A stretch of 63,849 nt of DNA, the filler included, from Choristocarpus tenellus KU-1152 (taxonomy: Eukaryota > Protista > Phaeophyceae), in the NCBI GenBank assembly GCA_964200185.2. It is 11 parts of 11 records of this genome, joined end to end, with 100 filler letters (N's around TTAATTAATTAA, not from the genome) between each part and the next. Parts side by side here need not be neighbours in the genome. Positions count along the whole stretch, not along the records: positions 36,059 to 38,865 come from CAXNAD020024585.1; positions 38,966 to 44,757 come from CAXNAD020009745.1; positions 44,858 to 56,210 come from CAXNAD020002373.1; 8 more parts are not named here. One strand, given 5' to 3'. Shown here piece by piece: positions 36,701 to 47,887 of the stretch. The notes beneath the pieces were generated by a model, which made no database searches, had not been told where the DNA came from, and worked only from the letters and a program-made list of their open reading frames with translations. Position 1 is the first letter of the stretch. Each line of letters opens with the position of its first letter. A program made the translations under genes and the position numbers.

Positions 36701-38811
36701 GGGTGTTCATAAATCTCAGTGCATATTATTTTTCACTACGTGTACAGCCCTCTTCGTGATAGACTGTTAAAACATAGGCTACTCATCTGTTTGTTCCTTG
36801 GTGAAATACAGTTGCACCAGTCAACACTGACTGTTGATTGGTCTGTTACGCTCTGGACGTTACTGTCACAAGTTCATCACCACCACATCAATTACCATCA
36901 GAACACTGAAGTACAGAACAGTCGCTCTGTGTTCCACACGCAAGGATTGTTTACGTTACTTGAGTTGCATGACGCATTGGTTCAAGTTTGTTCTGTAGTT
37001 CCATTGTTTGTTTTTCTTCACTCTTTCTTCTTCTTGTCAGCAGAAGATGACAGGTGTACATTGATCGTTGATTATCATTTCTTTCATGACTACCATCAAT
37101 CACTTACAATGCACCAAGGTCACTCTGCAATGAGTGCACCAGCTGTACACCTGGATGTAATATAATCAGAATTAATAACATCTGCGGAAACCCTTGCCAG
37201 TCAAGGTAACAAACCTCTCCACAGAGCATGGACTTCTTTCGTTGAGTATCTCATGAAAGAACACTGAAATCACATCACATCATTCTGGATTGAGAAACCA
37301 AGAATACTGAGTTCACATTGCATAATCCTTGACTGAGAGATCAATGACCTCAGCTACAACAGAATAAATACATCGGTGCTTTGCAGCACAATCACATCTA
37401 TCCATAACGTAGACTATGCATGTCACTCCTCGGTGTTTTGCAACTCCACGATTCCTCATCGCTCGTAGTCTACACATTTTGCTTACATGTACGATGCATT
37501 CTATTTAGGTTTCAACACAGATCTCTTCACAACTTGGGGACAAACCTCTTCTCGGGACCTGACACACTGGTGCCACAATCTGCACACTTCTCCTGAGTGT
37601 CCTCAGTCTTCCTTGCATCCTCTGATCCTCCCTCTTCAGATATCTTGTCACCCTTGTCCTACAACCAATCACGTATTGATTGATTCCATGAAAACTCTCT
37701 GCATCTGCAGTCCTCCTCTCCCCGATCATTCTCAAAGCAGTATCTATACCTGCCTGCCAGAGATAGAGAATACTAGTCAGTCCTGTACTACATGGAAATG
37801 GATAAGATGGCTTGTAGTATTGAAGTTCCTTCCAATAAACCTAACTCTTTCGCACCACGTGGTCGGAATAGACCTGCAGCACACGCGGGGACTCGTTTTG
37901 CGACTTCCAAGAACCTACCGGTGGCAGAGGGTATTGAACCACCCTGCATTCTCTCCATGATTAACAGGTCTCCTGGTATTTCCAGAATTGACGAGGTGGT
38001 ATCCTTCCTAGAAAGAACCTCAGGAACATGCTCACTCAATATCATATATGTCGGGGCTTCCTACAGCAGTGTATATCATCAATAGCAGGAAAGGGAGAGT
38101 TTCCCAAATGTTTGATGTTTATCAGACAAGGAAATATAGTCTGAGAGGATCAATTACATTCGACACTACAAAATAAAGTATGAAAAGGAGCCATAAAACG
38201 TTCCTAGTCTCTATGTATCGCTCGAGAACTTTGTACGTGGTTGTTTAAATTATCCTACCCAGAAGAATCCAACAAATATAAGCAATTATGAGAAGTAATG
38301 AAAATCCAACTGGAGGACAAGCTGTTGGTACTTGCTATTAGGAAGTTCTGCTATTCATGTAAGGTGAAATTGGGTGTGAGGTGGTGATCGTCATCGACTT
38401 TCTTTTATCTGACTCGGAAAGGACCTTTCATTTGCATCAATGTTCCAATTGCAGCATCTTTGCAAAGGCCAAGAAAAAGACCTCAAATTGGAACACACGC
38501 ACATTCTACAAAAAAAATGGGCAGACCAAAGCAGACGAGAGGTGACTACAGGAAATGTAGTGACCAGAAAGCATGTATTGGAAAGACGAGCCAGTTAGTT
38601 GGCAAGGAGATAAAAGTCGAAAGGGATGATGTGGGAGAGGATGAAGATAGGACAGTATCTGGGACTTCCCTAGATATTCTTACAGTAGGGTGGCATCCTT
38701 CATCCCTCCTTCATGGCAATGGGTATGGATGAGAAGACGCCCCGAATAGATGGTGATGCAGAAGAAGATTCCTCACCTGAGGTGGCCTGGGCATTGTTCC
38801 TCCTTGCAAAA

Positions 38812-38865
38812 GAGCCAAAGTATCTTAGAGGGTAGGACCGCGTCCATTTGGGGGGCCAAAATCCA
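38812..38865. mobile_element. Family-C MITE start, truncated
   Basis: GAGCCAAAGTATCTTAGAGGGTAGG. Confidence 0.75.
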
Positions 38866-38965
38866 NNNNNNNNNNNNNNNNNNNNNNNNNNNNNNNNNNN
38901 NNNNNNNNNTTAATTAATTAANNNNNNNNNNNNNNNNNNNNNNNNNNNNNNNNNNNNNNNNNNNN

Positions 38966-41629
38966 CAGTCTATATTTTGACAACTTCGACATACAAACTC
39001 TGGCCTACAGGGCCCCAGAGGTGGGCAAGAGAGAGAGAGGGGGGGTGGAAGTAGAAAAAGGTGGGATACAAGTACTTGTTTGTACTGCAGCTTGGAGAGC
39101 AATGCCTGATTGTCGCAGTGTCTTGTGTCATTGTACATCAAAGTAGCACATAAGTTAATAACTCCACATTGTTCCCCTTGCCTCTGGTTGTGTTGAGACA
39201 TGTATCCTCACCCTCATTATAGTACTTCAAACATGATAGGAACATGCTTTTCACGGTGGGTTTGACCACAAACCGAGCTCTTGCGGCCCTTATCCCTAAT
39301 CTCACACCTTGTGCAATTCTGATGTGCTGCCCTGAAAGGTCCTTATGGGGTGCCCATTTGGGCCTCCGATTGATGTGTGGTCAGTTGGTGTGGTGCTCTT
39401 GGAACTTGTTCTGGGACGCCCCCTTTTCCACACAGCTGGAACTCGAAGAGCATTGCTGTGTCAGACACTGTGTGCCTTTGGTCCTCTCCCTTTGCGCAGA
39501 TTTCGAAGTGGGCGCTTTTTTTCAGAGTACTTTGCTGAGGATCACAGCCTCAAGGTGTGTGCATGTGGTGTGTGGTAGGAGGGCACAAAGCTAGGCGAAT
39601 TGATGAGTGTTTGGTGTGTAAATGGCTTGTATTCCCTGAAATTAAGGTTTTGTTGGCAATTTCACCATGATGTTGTCCCACCTTTCCTGATCTTCCTGTT
39701 TTGATTCAATACGCTTATCTGCTGTACCAAAGCTCATGACCAGGAGCGCATTTGGTCCTTCTATCTCACATATATAATTTTGAGGATGAAACGACACCAT
39801 GATACGAGTTATCAATCCTGACTAAAGTAGACCTCGCCCTTTGCTCTCTGGTGAAGATTGACGTGGAAGGATCCCCACCAAATCCTGGGTGCTTTGGCTG
39901 CTGCCCATGCTGCTGGTTGGGTGATGGGGTAACCCATACTGGAGCTAGAACTTGTAACTGGCAAGCATCAGTGTGGAAGGGTGGCTGTAGCCAGTGCTGC
40001 TCCCAAACATGTAGCAAATTAGGTCAACTTAAGAGGGAAAAAGTACAGCGAAGTACCACCTGCATTTTACAGCAAGGCAGTGAAGGCAGAGCTGTGGTAG
40101 GGAGAGAGGTTAAACCCATTGAAGGAGGCAGTTTTTGTGCCCCTATGGATGAGACAGTCCACAGTGTGCACTTGGCCCATGACCGCCTCCGTCGTCTGCT
40201 GGGATCTGCGCTTGTGGATGTGCCCCTAAATCAACGCAACCCCTATCTTCTGGATCTGTTAGCAGGGCTACTAAAGCTTGATCCGGATGATCGCCTTACT
40301 CCCCACCAGGCTCTAATGCACCCCTTCTTTGGGGAAGCATTCCCTTTTGCAGCGACATTGGGGGTGCACATCTCAGCTGGACTGGGTGGTGATGTTACTT
40401 CCCTCCAAACTCAACCACAGATCCAATCACTAACCCCAGTCTCTGTTGCCACCACAGCACGCTTTGCACATGCAGGTGCTGCTGTTCCCATGCCACGTGG
40501 GTTGCCGTCGGAATTGCCAGTACCAGGAAAGAGTCGGCAAGCTGCACATCAAGGAATGCTAAAGGGACTTAGAATTAGAAGTCCTTGGTCAAACACGAAT
40601 CTTGGGGGAGGTGGTGATCAGAATAGCAAATATATACTCAAAAACAATGATGCAGTTCAAGAGGATAATGCTTGCCAGCAAAGTGGACCTGAATTTGAGT
40701 GTGCACAGACCCATACACCCACCCCATGGGTGAGGTGCTTGCAGTCCCATCACCCATTGGTTCCTGAGACCTCAACTATGGAAGCTGGGTTTGCCTCCAA
40801 CATCCCCGCCCCAGTGCCTGATTTAGACAACACCTGCAAAACCTCACCAGCCTTCGATCAACCAGCAAATCCTAAGGTTGTACCAGGAAAAAAAAAGCAC
40901 AAAGAACGTGAGCCTTTTGCTGATCGCCTCACCCTACTACGGCGGAATCGCTTCCTAAGCCCAGCTTTGCTTGCACGGATGAGGCCTAGGTTTGTGTCAA
41001 AGGGTGCATCAGATGAACCCTTGACAGAAAAGGAAGATCCTGTTCCCCCCAGATCGTGGGAAAGAGGTCATGATGCAGCAGACTTGAGAGCTGAACCAAC
41101 TGCCTGCAGGTTGGCTGCGAATACAAATCAACCCAATGATGAGGGTGGAGTCTCTGGCAGTAGAAACAGGGGGAACAAGAGTGAGGACTGCCCAAGGCAG
41201 GCAGCACCGCTACTGGACTTATTGCGGCGGAATCGTTTCCTTAGCCCTGAGTTGTTGGCTCGGATAAAGCCAGAAGTGGCTGTAGATGATGTGACTGAGC
41301 CTGCAACTGTTGCTGCAGTTACTTCATCGATTGCCGGGGAATTTGAGGAGAGTGCAACACAACCATCCATTTCCAAGTCCTCCAATGCATACACAGGATT
41401 CAGTGCTTGGGGCAGGTCCAGACACTTGCAAAGACAAAGAGGTGCTTCACCGCCCTGTGAGGAAACAGTAGAAAGCTCCGATGAATCATTGAACAATGAG
41501 GTTGATGGATGTACAAATCTTAGCTCAAGGGCGCCCAAGAGGGGCAGAGATGTTGCACCCTCTCTGCAGAGGAACTACATGGAACATCGCAAGCCCAAAA
41601 TGGTGGCTGGTGTTGTGACATCTATGTGA
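38966..41629 (+). CDS. CMGC-group (DYRK/HIPK-like) protein kinase, C-terminal part; exons (38966)-39020, 39339-39554, ~40073-41629
   Basis: SLYFDNFDIQTLAYRAPE|VLMGCPFGPPIDVWSVGVVLLELVLGRPLF..FGPLP..LLDLLAGLLKLDPDDRLTPHQALMHPFF covers subdomains VIII-XI, followed by a long low-complexity tail. The exon 3 boundaries are tentative. Confidence 0.85.
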
Positions 41630-43390
41630 AGAGACTGATTCAGAATAGATTCTTACCATTCCTCTTGGTATTGGTGGACTGTTTGGAGTTTGGTAGTCCA
41701 ACCATACCTTTTTTTGTCACATTTGATTGACGGTGTTGAAATGCTTGGTATCTACCTGAAATGATGTTTGTATTATGAAAAAGTGGGGATGCGTAAGGAC
41801 AGACCAAGTGATGCATTGTTAAATAGGACCCTAATTGATGCAAGGTCTTCCTACGATCAGGTGGGAATCTCTTGTGGTATGATTAGTGGGGATTGAGGTA
41901 GAGAGTGATGTAGAAATTGTAAGTATATGATTCTGGCAAAGTAAAATAGTAACAACTATAAAGTGTCATTTATCCTTCTTTCACACAAGTCAGGTGAGTG
42001 CCTTGTGTTCAGTGATGCAAACCACCCAAAGACAAGAGGAAAATTAAACCACCTGGAGACCTGAACAGAAGATTGTGCGGGGACAGCCTTGCCAGGTTGT
42101 ACAAGTAGTCGTGCTTTAGCTGAAGCTTTAGTTTTCAAGAATGCCGGATGGCAAATTATTATTATTATTGTCTGAAGTTAAGGCTATGTGGGCACACCTT
42201 TTGTACTTCTTGCTGTGTACACTGTTGTGCAATATTCGGCGAGGTTGGGAACAAGTATCGTATCAGTTGGACAAAATAATCTCTGTTCTGATGATTAAAG
42301 ATCAAATCTGATGGGTAGCGATTCTACACTGTTTTGAAATATCTTATGTAAGAACCTGTTTGAGAGTGGTGTTCCTTCAACATTAAATGTACTTTATTAG
42401 GATTATGGCAGTTGCTATCAATTACTCTTAAAGTTAGTGAGGTCCTATTGGGATTATTCTATACTTACACTATTTCACTCTTTTAAGGATGAGTAAAACT
42501 ATCCACATGCAGGTTCATGTATGCAAACAAACAATACAGAGCCCATAACAAAGGCACAAGTGATGCCAGTCTGTGGGAAACAGTCTATGTGGGCAACCCT
42601 ACCTCTCACATAATCCCTCTGAGTCTCCTAATTAGAGATAGGCCTTCTCGTTATGCCACCTCTCCCCTTGAGGACCCTTGGAGATCGTCATTGAGAGCCC
42701 GTATCTAATAGGAGAGCGATGGAGGTGATGTGTGCAAGGCAGAGACTGAGGATTGACTGAGTGCGTTCAAAGTCTGCATAGCTTTGATAAAAGCTCCTGC
42801 AAATCAGTGTCCTTCATTGCTTGCTTGTGTCTAGGTATGGCATCAGAGCTGCAAAGCCAGTCAGCCAGTCGGTTGACCAAACTACAGAACCTGTTGCTTA
42901 CTACAAGGCATCACTGCAACTCTTGGCATGTCCCATAGCTCTGTCGCATTGAGTATGGCTGATTGTTGTGTTTGGCCACCTCTTGACAGGATCAAAAGAT
43001 TACTTTTCTTCAACCAAATCTGTTAAGAACAGGACAGTAAATGATAAGGTTTCTTCCACATTAAAAAAGATCACCCTCAAGCTTTTCAGCAGATCTCAAC
43101 CTCGTTCCTCACCTCTTTGACCTGTTTGATGAACCGCGCATCCAAGAATGGCTGTGTTGCTATGCTGGTGCTATATGTGGTCAGCACTTGGTCAGGGGTA
43201 TCATACCCCACCGAGTTCATTATTGTCTCCTGCCATAGATAGAGATGTTCCAGAAAGGTACAATCAAGAACGGGTTACCCCGAATCTCACGGGTCAAGGA
43301 TTTCGTACGAATAACTCCTTCAATGCGGAATGCATGAGCTTGCAAGAGCACGATTAACCTAGCGAACACGTGCTACAACCTAGCCCCCAC

Positions 43391-44079
43391 CTGCAATTCA
43401 TACTCGCTCTGATTCCTGCTCAGGACAGTACCCATTACCCTCGTCATCTCGACAGGAGACATTCCACAGCCATATTTCCCTCGGTCCAAGGCTTCATATC
43501 CACCCTCGCCCCCCCCCTCAAATGCTGTCCCTCTAGGTGATAAGTAGTACCTCCCTGAGGGAAGTGGGTGACGCAAATGTATGAGGACTCTAAGGCAATG
43601 GGACCAACTCATCCTTCCAAGGAAGAGAGAACGGCGTCGACCACACTACACCTTCAATTACAGGGAGTGCTTTATCTATAAATATTATGGTAGGCCACAC
43701 CTATGATTCGCGTAGCTTCTTCAACAACTCCCGCCATCCTCGCCAGTGTCTCCCTATTACGACTCAGTTGTTCGTGAGCCAGTGCCAGACTCTCCTCAGC
43801 ACGAAAGTAGGCCCCTCGTATGTTATCACTAGCGTTTACATCACCTCGGGGCAAAGATCTCACCAACTGCTGGACAGGTGAGACTTCGGTAATGTCCACG
43901 TCGGCCTCGGCTTCGTTCTCAGGCGCTGCAAAGGCAACTTTTGTAGAGGCCAGGATATCCAGGGCACGTACAAACACCTTACTGCTAGCTTCAAGGTCTA
44001 AGGAACACGAATCGAAGACGTTCCACTGTTGCTGAACTCGATCCCGGAGATAATCATCTGTGGTTTCCGTGTCCTTCAT
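43391..44079 (-). CDS. Hypothetical helical protein, possibly C1orf109/AIRIM-like; exons 44079-43701 and 43554-43391, possible last exon ~43019-42882
   Basis: ATG-initiated ORF with an in-phase GT-AG intron (..RIIG|RYY..MSPVEMTRVMGTVLSRNQSEYELQ). The family resemblance is weak. Confidence 0.55.
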
Positions 44080-44681
44080 CTCGATGCGTTAGAGGTCTAG
44101 TCTCAGTTCTACATCAGTTTGAAATTAATTGAACCAGTGGTGTGGTAGCAGCAGTGAGTACTTTTGGAAATATTCTAAAAGGTAGATCACCTTTGTCGTG
44201 AAGGGGCAGTTCCCTTGCCTTCGTTTATAAGGTTCGAACCCCTTCGATGGAAGACATTTTTTCAAGCAAATGTCGTTCCATATACTATTCTATGTGCCAA
44301 CCTCAATGGGTTATACTCCTATACCTGTCCTCTACTAACCTACTTGCGACCTAACCAACAAAAAACCGGACAAGATCAAGGTGGAAACCTTGCGACAAGT
44401 TCGGAAGAAGATTTGATTGAGGAGATGGACGGATAGAGATGGAGTGACGAGGGATGGGAGTGCTAAACCCAATCAATGTGCAATAAGTAAGACAGGAACC
44501 AAGACAGTACCATTAGTTGTAGTGCAACAGTTAGTGAGTAGTAGTAGATGATACAAGAAGCAATAGTAGATAATGCGTAATTCATATAGCGTGGTACCTC
44601 TGACCACGGGTCGGGAAAATGTTGATACCAATAATGCGACGGAAAATAGAAGGTACACCACACTTGAATACTATATAGTAT

Positions 44682-44757
44682 CTAACAGTGGATTCTAAAA
44701 ATTGAGGATGGAGCGTACTATTGAGGATGGTTTTGACCGAAAATGGTGCGGAAAAAG
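44682..44757 (+). mobile_element. Family-B repeat terminus
   Basis: CTAACAGTGGATTCTAAAAATTGAGGATGGAGC. Confidence 0.6.
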
Positions 44758-45769
44758 NNNNNNNNNNNNNNNNNNNNNNNNNNNNNNNNNNNNNNNNNNN
44801 NTTAATTAATTAANNNNNNNNNNNNNNNNNNNNNNNNNNNNNNNNNNNNNNNNNNNNCTCCTTATAGTTAGGCACAGACCACACAGCCCTCTCCTTTACC
44901 CTTCCCCCATCTGTTACTCGAGCACTGCGCCAGCCAGTTTTCATCCAACACAGCCCCTACGGGTTTACCCAGGCAAACACAACGCATGGTTCTTTCCTCT
45001 TGGGTTTGCTTGAGCAACTTGACTACGACTGGAGGAACTTCCCCTCCCCTCTCCTATACTCCCACCCACTCACATGATCGTGCCTCGTAGTACCCCACCC
45101 TGTCCACAGAAATCAGCAAAGGTCCATCAAGGCTGTTGCAAGTAAAAGACGGGAGAGCCTCACAAAATTATCACTCCACACTATTGTCGCAACAGGTCCA
45201 TTTGAGCAAGTGCAGTTCTCGAGACGGATGCAATTCTGTTGACAAACCATGAAGAAATTATTGCAATGGAAAGTTCCAGGATCAAGAACACAAAAGGATG
45301 TTGTTGGGAGGGACGCACAGGAAAGAAGTAATGAGCGTGTTCGCCACATGTTAGTGTGGGAACAAACACGAGCACAAAAAAGTCAGCCAGACTCACACTC
45401 CCACCTCGGTCCCTAGAATTCCGTACCCCCAAACCACTGACGATTTCCACTCGTCGGAAGTTCCGATGAAGGGAATTCCATTCACTGCGCGCCCGTACAG
45501 ACCTTCAACCAAACCCTCACACCGTCCAGTTCGAAGGCCTGGAGGCAGGTTGCAAAAGCAGTTTCGTCGGGACGATTGCCACCAACCCACCTATGACTGA
45601 CCTCGTCGTATTGGCGAAAATGGGTACAAATGGAGCAGCAGTAAACAATGTGCGAACGAATTTGGCTAGCGATGATACCGAGTTAAACCCAAGTCCACTA
45701 TCCCAAGGGATACTCGTGTGTATCTTGTGTTGTAGGCGTGCAATCAAGGACAAGTAGCTCAAACGAAGT

Positions 45770-45910
45770 TCAGTAGTAGTAGTAGTGGAAGTTATAATAG
45801 GAGTAGTAGTAGTAGTTAGTAGTAGTAGCAGTAGCAGTAGTAGCAGTAGTAGTACTAGTAGGTACTAGTACTAGTAGGTACTAGTAGTAGTAGTAATAAT
45901 AATAGTAAGA
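45770..45910. repeat. (GTA/GCA)n-type microsatellite
   Basis: Visible directly in the sequence. Confidence 0.85.
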
Positions 45911-46186
45911 GTAACAGTATTATTATTTATGGTAGTGGAGAAGAATTCACCCCAAAAAAATATTGAGAAATTGGGATATACACTAGCTTTCCAACAGTGT
46001 CCTACAATGTGTTGCTCTGTAGCACTTATCTCTGTTTCGTAGCACTCTGTATCTGCCTCGTAACTACTTGGATGACCAAGGTTATATTTCCTTTCATGTA
46101 TAGTTTTCAAAAAAAATTGGCAGTGATAGGACACCACTATTTTCCATCCAGATGTCTGATGCATTTATCACGTTGACTAATGACCA

Positions 46187-47887
46187 ATGGGCAAACGGCA
46201 GGGATCGAAAGGGAAAAAGGGGGGAAGTAGTACATCGTCGGCTTCCTCATCTGGAGGCTCGGGATTCTTAAACATAGATGTAGACCCCAGGCGCGTGCGA
46301 TTTGCACACAGCAAGATTAAGCCCTTATTCTCTGGTTGTGGACGGACGATCGATGAGACACTGACGGAAATAAGGCAGGGTACCACCTCGCCAGGGGATC
46401 TTCCCGCTATCACCGTTATTCGTGGCCAATGTGATGCCGAGAGTGGAGAGCCATGGTTTTTCTCCCTTAACAATCGGCGCCTGTATGTCCTGAAGGTGAG
46501 TCGTACATGCGACATCATGGTTCACGCGAGGACGTGGAGGAAGAGAGGATTTTCCCATATGCTATCAGATGCAGGGGTGAATCTCAGAGTCTCGTCACTC
46601 CTCTTTACCTAGAGGTGTTTGCCAGTTGTCAGAGTTGCCAGTTCAGGAAGTCTAGATATATTCATTTACCCTGAACACTCAACACTTTTTTCGTTGATCA
46701 TGTCTTCAGTTATCTCTTAGATATATATAGACGAACTTGAGCTGTTTTCACTTTGGAGATCTGACTCCATGAAACAGAAGGACAATTAACACACTGAACC
46801 TTCCAATCTGTAGCCCCTTTAAGTGGGATTGTGCTCTTCAATTGGTTCTTTCGCATGACATGGAGAATCGATGCAAAGTAGTTCGAATTTTGCCTTCCTC
46901 CGTCCTGTTGAAACCGGGGCATAGGCGCAGATATGAATTGAATTGTGGGTTCCAAATTTATCCTTTTGTCGGGGCAATCTACAAACTGAAATTAAAGCTC
47001 TCGACCTCCTCCTCGACCTCATTTTCAAGTATCAATGTTTCCCCAAGGTGAATGGCCGTATCATAGCATTGAAGAACCTGGCAAAAACGGAATGCAGCGG
47101 AGAGAAACACACACTCCGAATTTGAGAGTTGGTCTAAACACTATCTTACAAGTCACGATGTTGAGGTTTCTGAGCGTTCGCTGGAAACAGCCTTGGTGTG
47201 GGCTTCGAATGGCGAGCCATTCTGGGTTCAATGTTTGAAATAGACGAAGTTTGTCTGTGAATCCATGAACTACTCAGAAAAATCAATGCCCATCAAGTTG
47301 AGCATAAGTTTTGGTTGGTAGGAAGATATGAAGCTATCGTTTTTTCAAATATACCTTACATTGTCGTTTGCTAGGAGATGTTTTCCCTTTCATATCCCCA
47401 TATCTCTTGTCAAATCACTACCCACCCTAGTTCAAGCTGTGCTGCAAGTTGATTAACTCAGTCATTCATCAGTTGAATGAGAACATCACCATTGCCAGCA
47501 GTTCTCGGGGGGAGGGCCACTGATAGATGCCTTTGTCCCACGAGCACGCCACATTTATTCCCAGTATCCACCCTCCCTCACACATTAACCACAATCATTA
47601 ATTTTTTTATATACGTGTTTCACGATTGTGTTTTTCTTTTAAATATTCAGGTCTGTCGCGAAGAGGGGTTGTTGGGATCGAACGGTCTAGTCCGGGTCCG
47701 TTGTCGAGACATTAAATCACACGAGCAAGAGCGATATACCGTGGAAAAGTGTGCGCTTCAGGCAAGATTCATGTACGCCATCACCCCGGGAAGGAACTCC
47801 CCCAGCAAAGGGTCCTCTCCTGAAGGAGATAGAGGCGAAGAAGGGACAAAACCCTCAGAAGAGGCTGTGGCCGGCAAGCTGGTATGA
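46187..47887 (+). CDS. Small ParB/sulfiredoxin-superfamily-like protein (181 aa); exons 46187-46495 and 47651-47887
   Basis: VDPRRVRFAHSKIKPLFSGCGRTIDETLTEIRQG..DLPAITVI..FFSLNNRRLYVLK|VCREEGLL..VRVR. The P-x-I-x-V..S-L-x-N-R-R-L pattern corresponds to the ParB/Srx G-x-x-R motif. Phase-0 GT-AG intron. Confidence 0.78.

Noticed and set aside
36700-38100. Gag region of the Copia relic
   Set aside because: Plausible by position but too decayed to show a clear zinc knuckle or integrase motif.
46819-47028. LINE endonuclease relic (ICAYAP) in the ParB-like gene intron
   Set aside because: Only one short motif; insufficient support.
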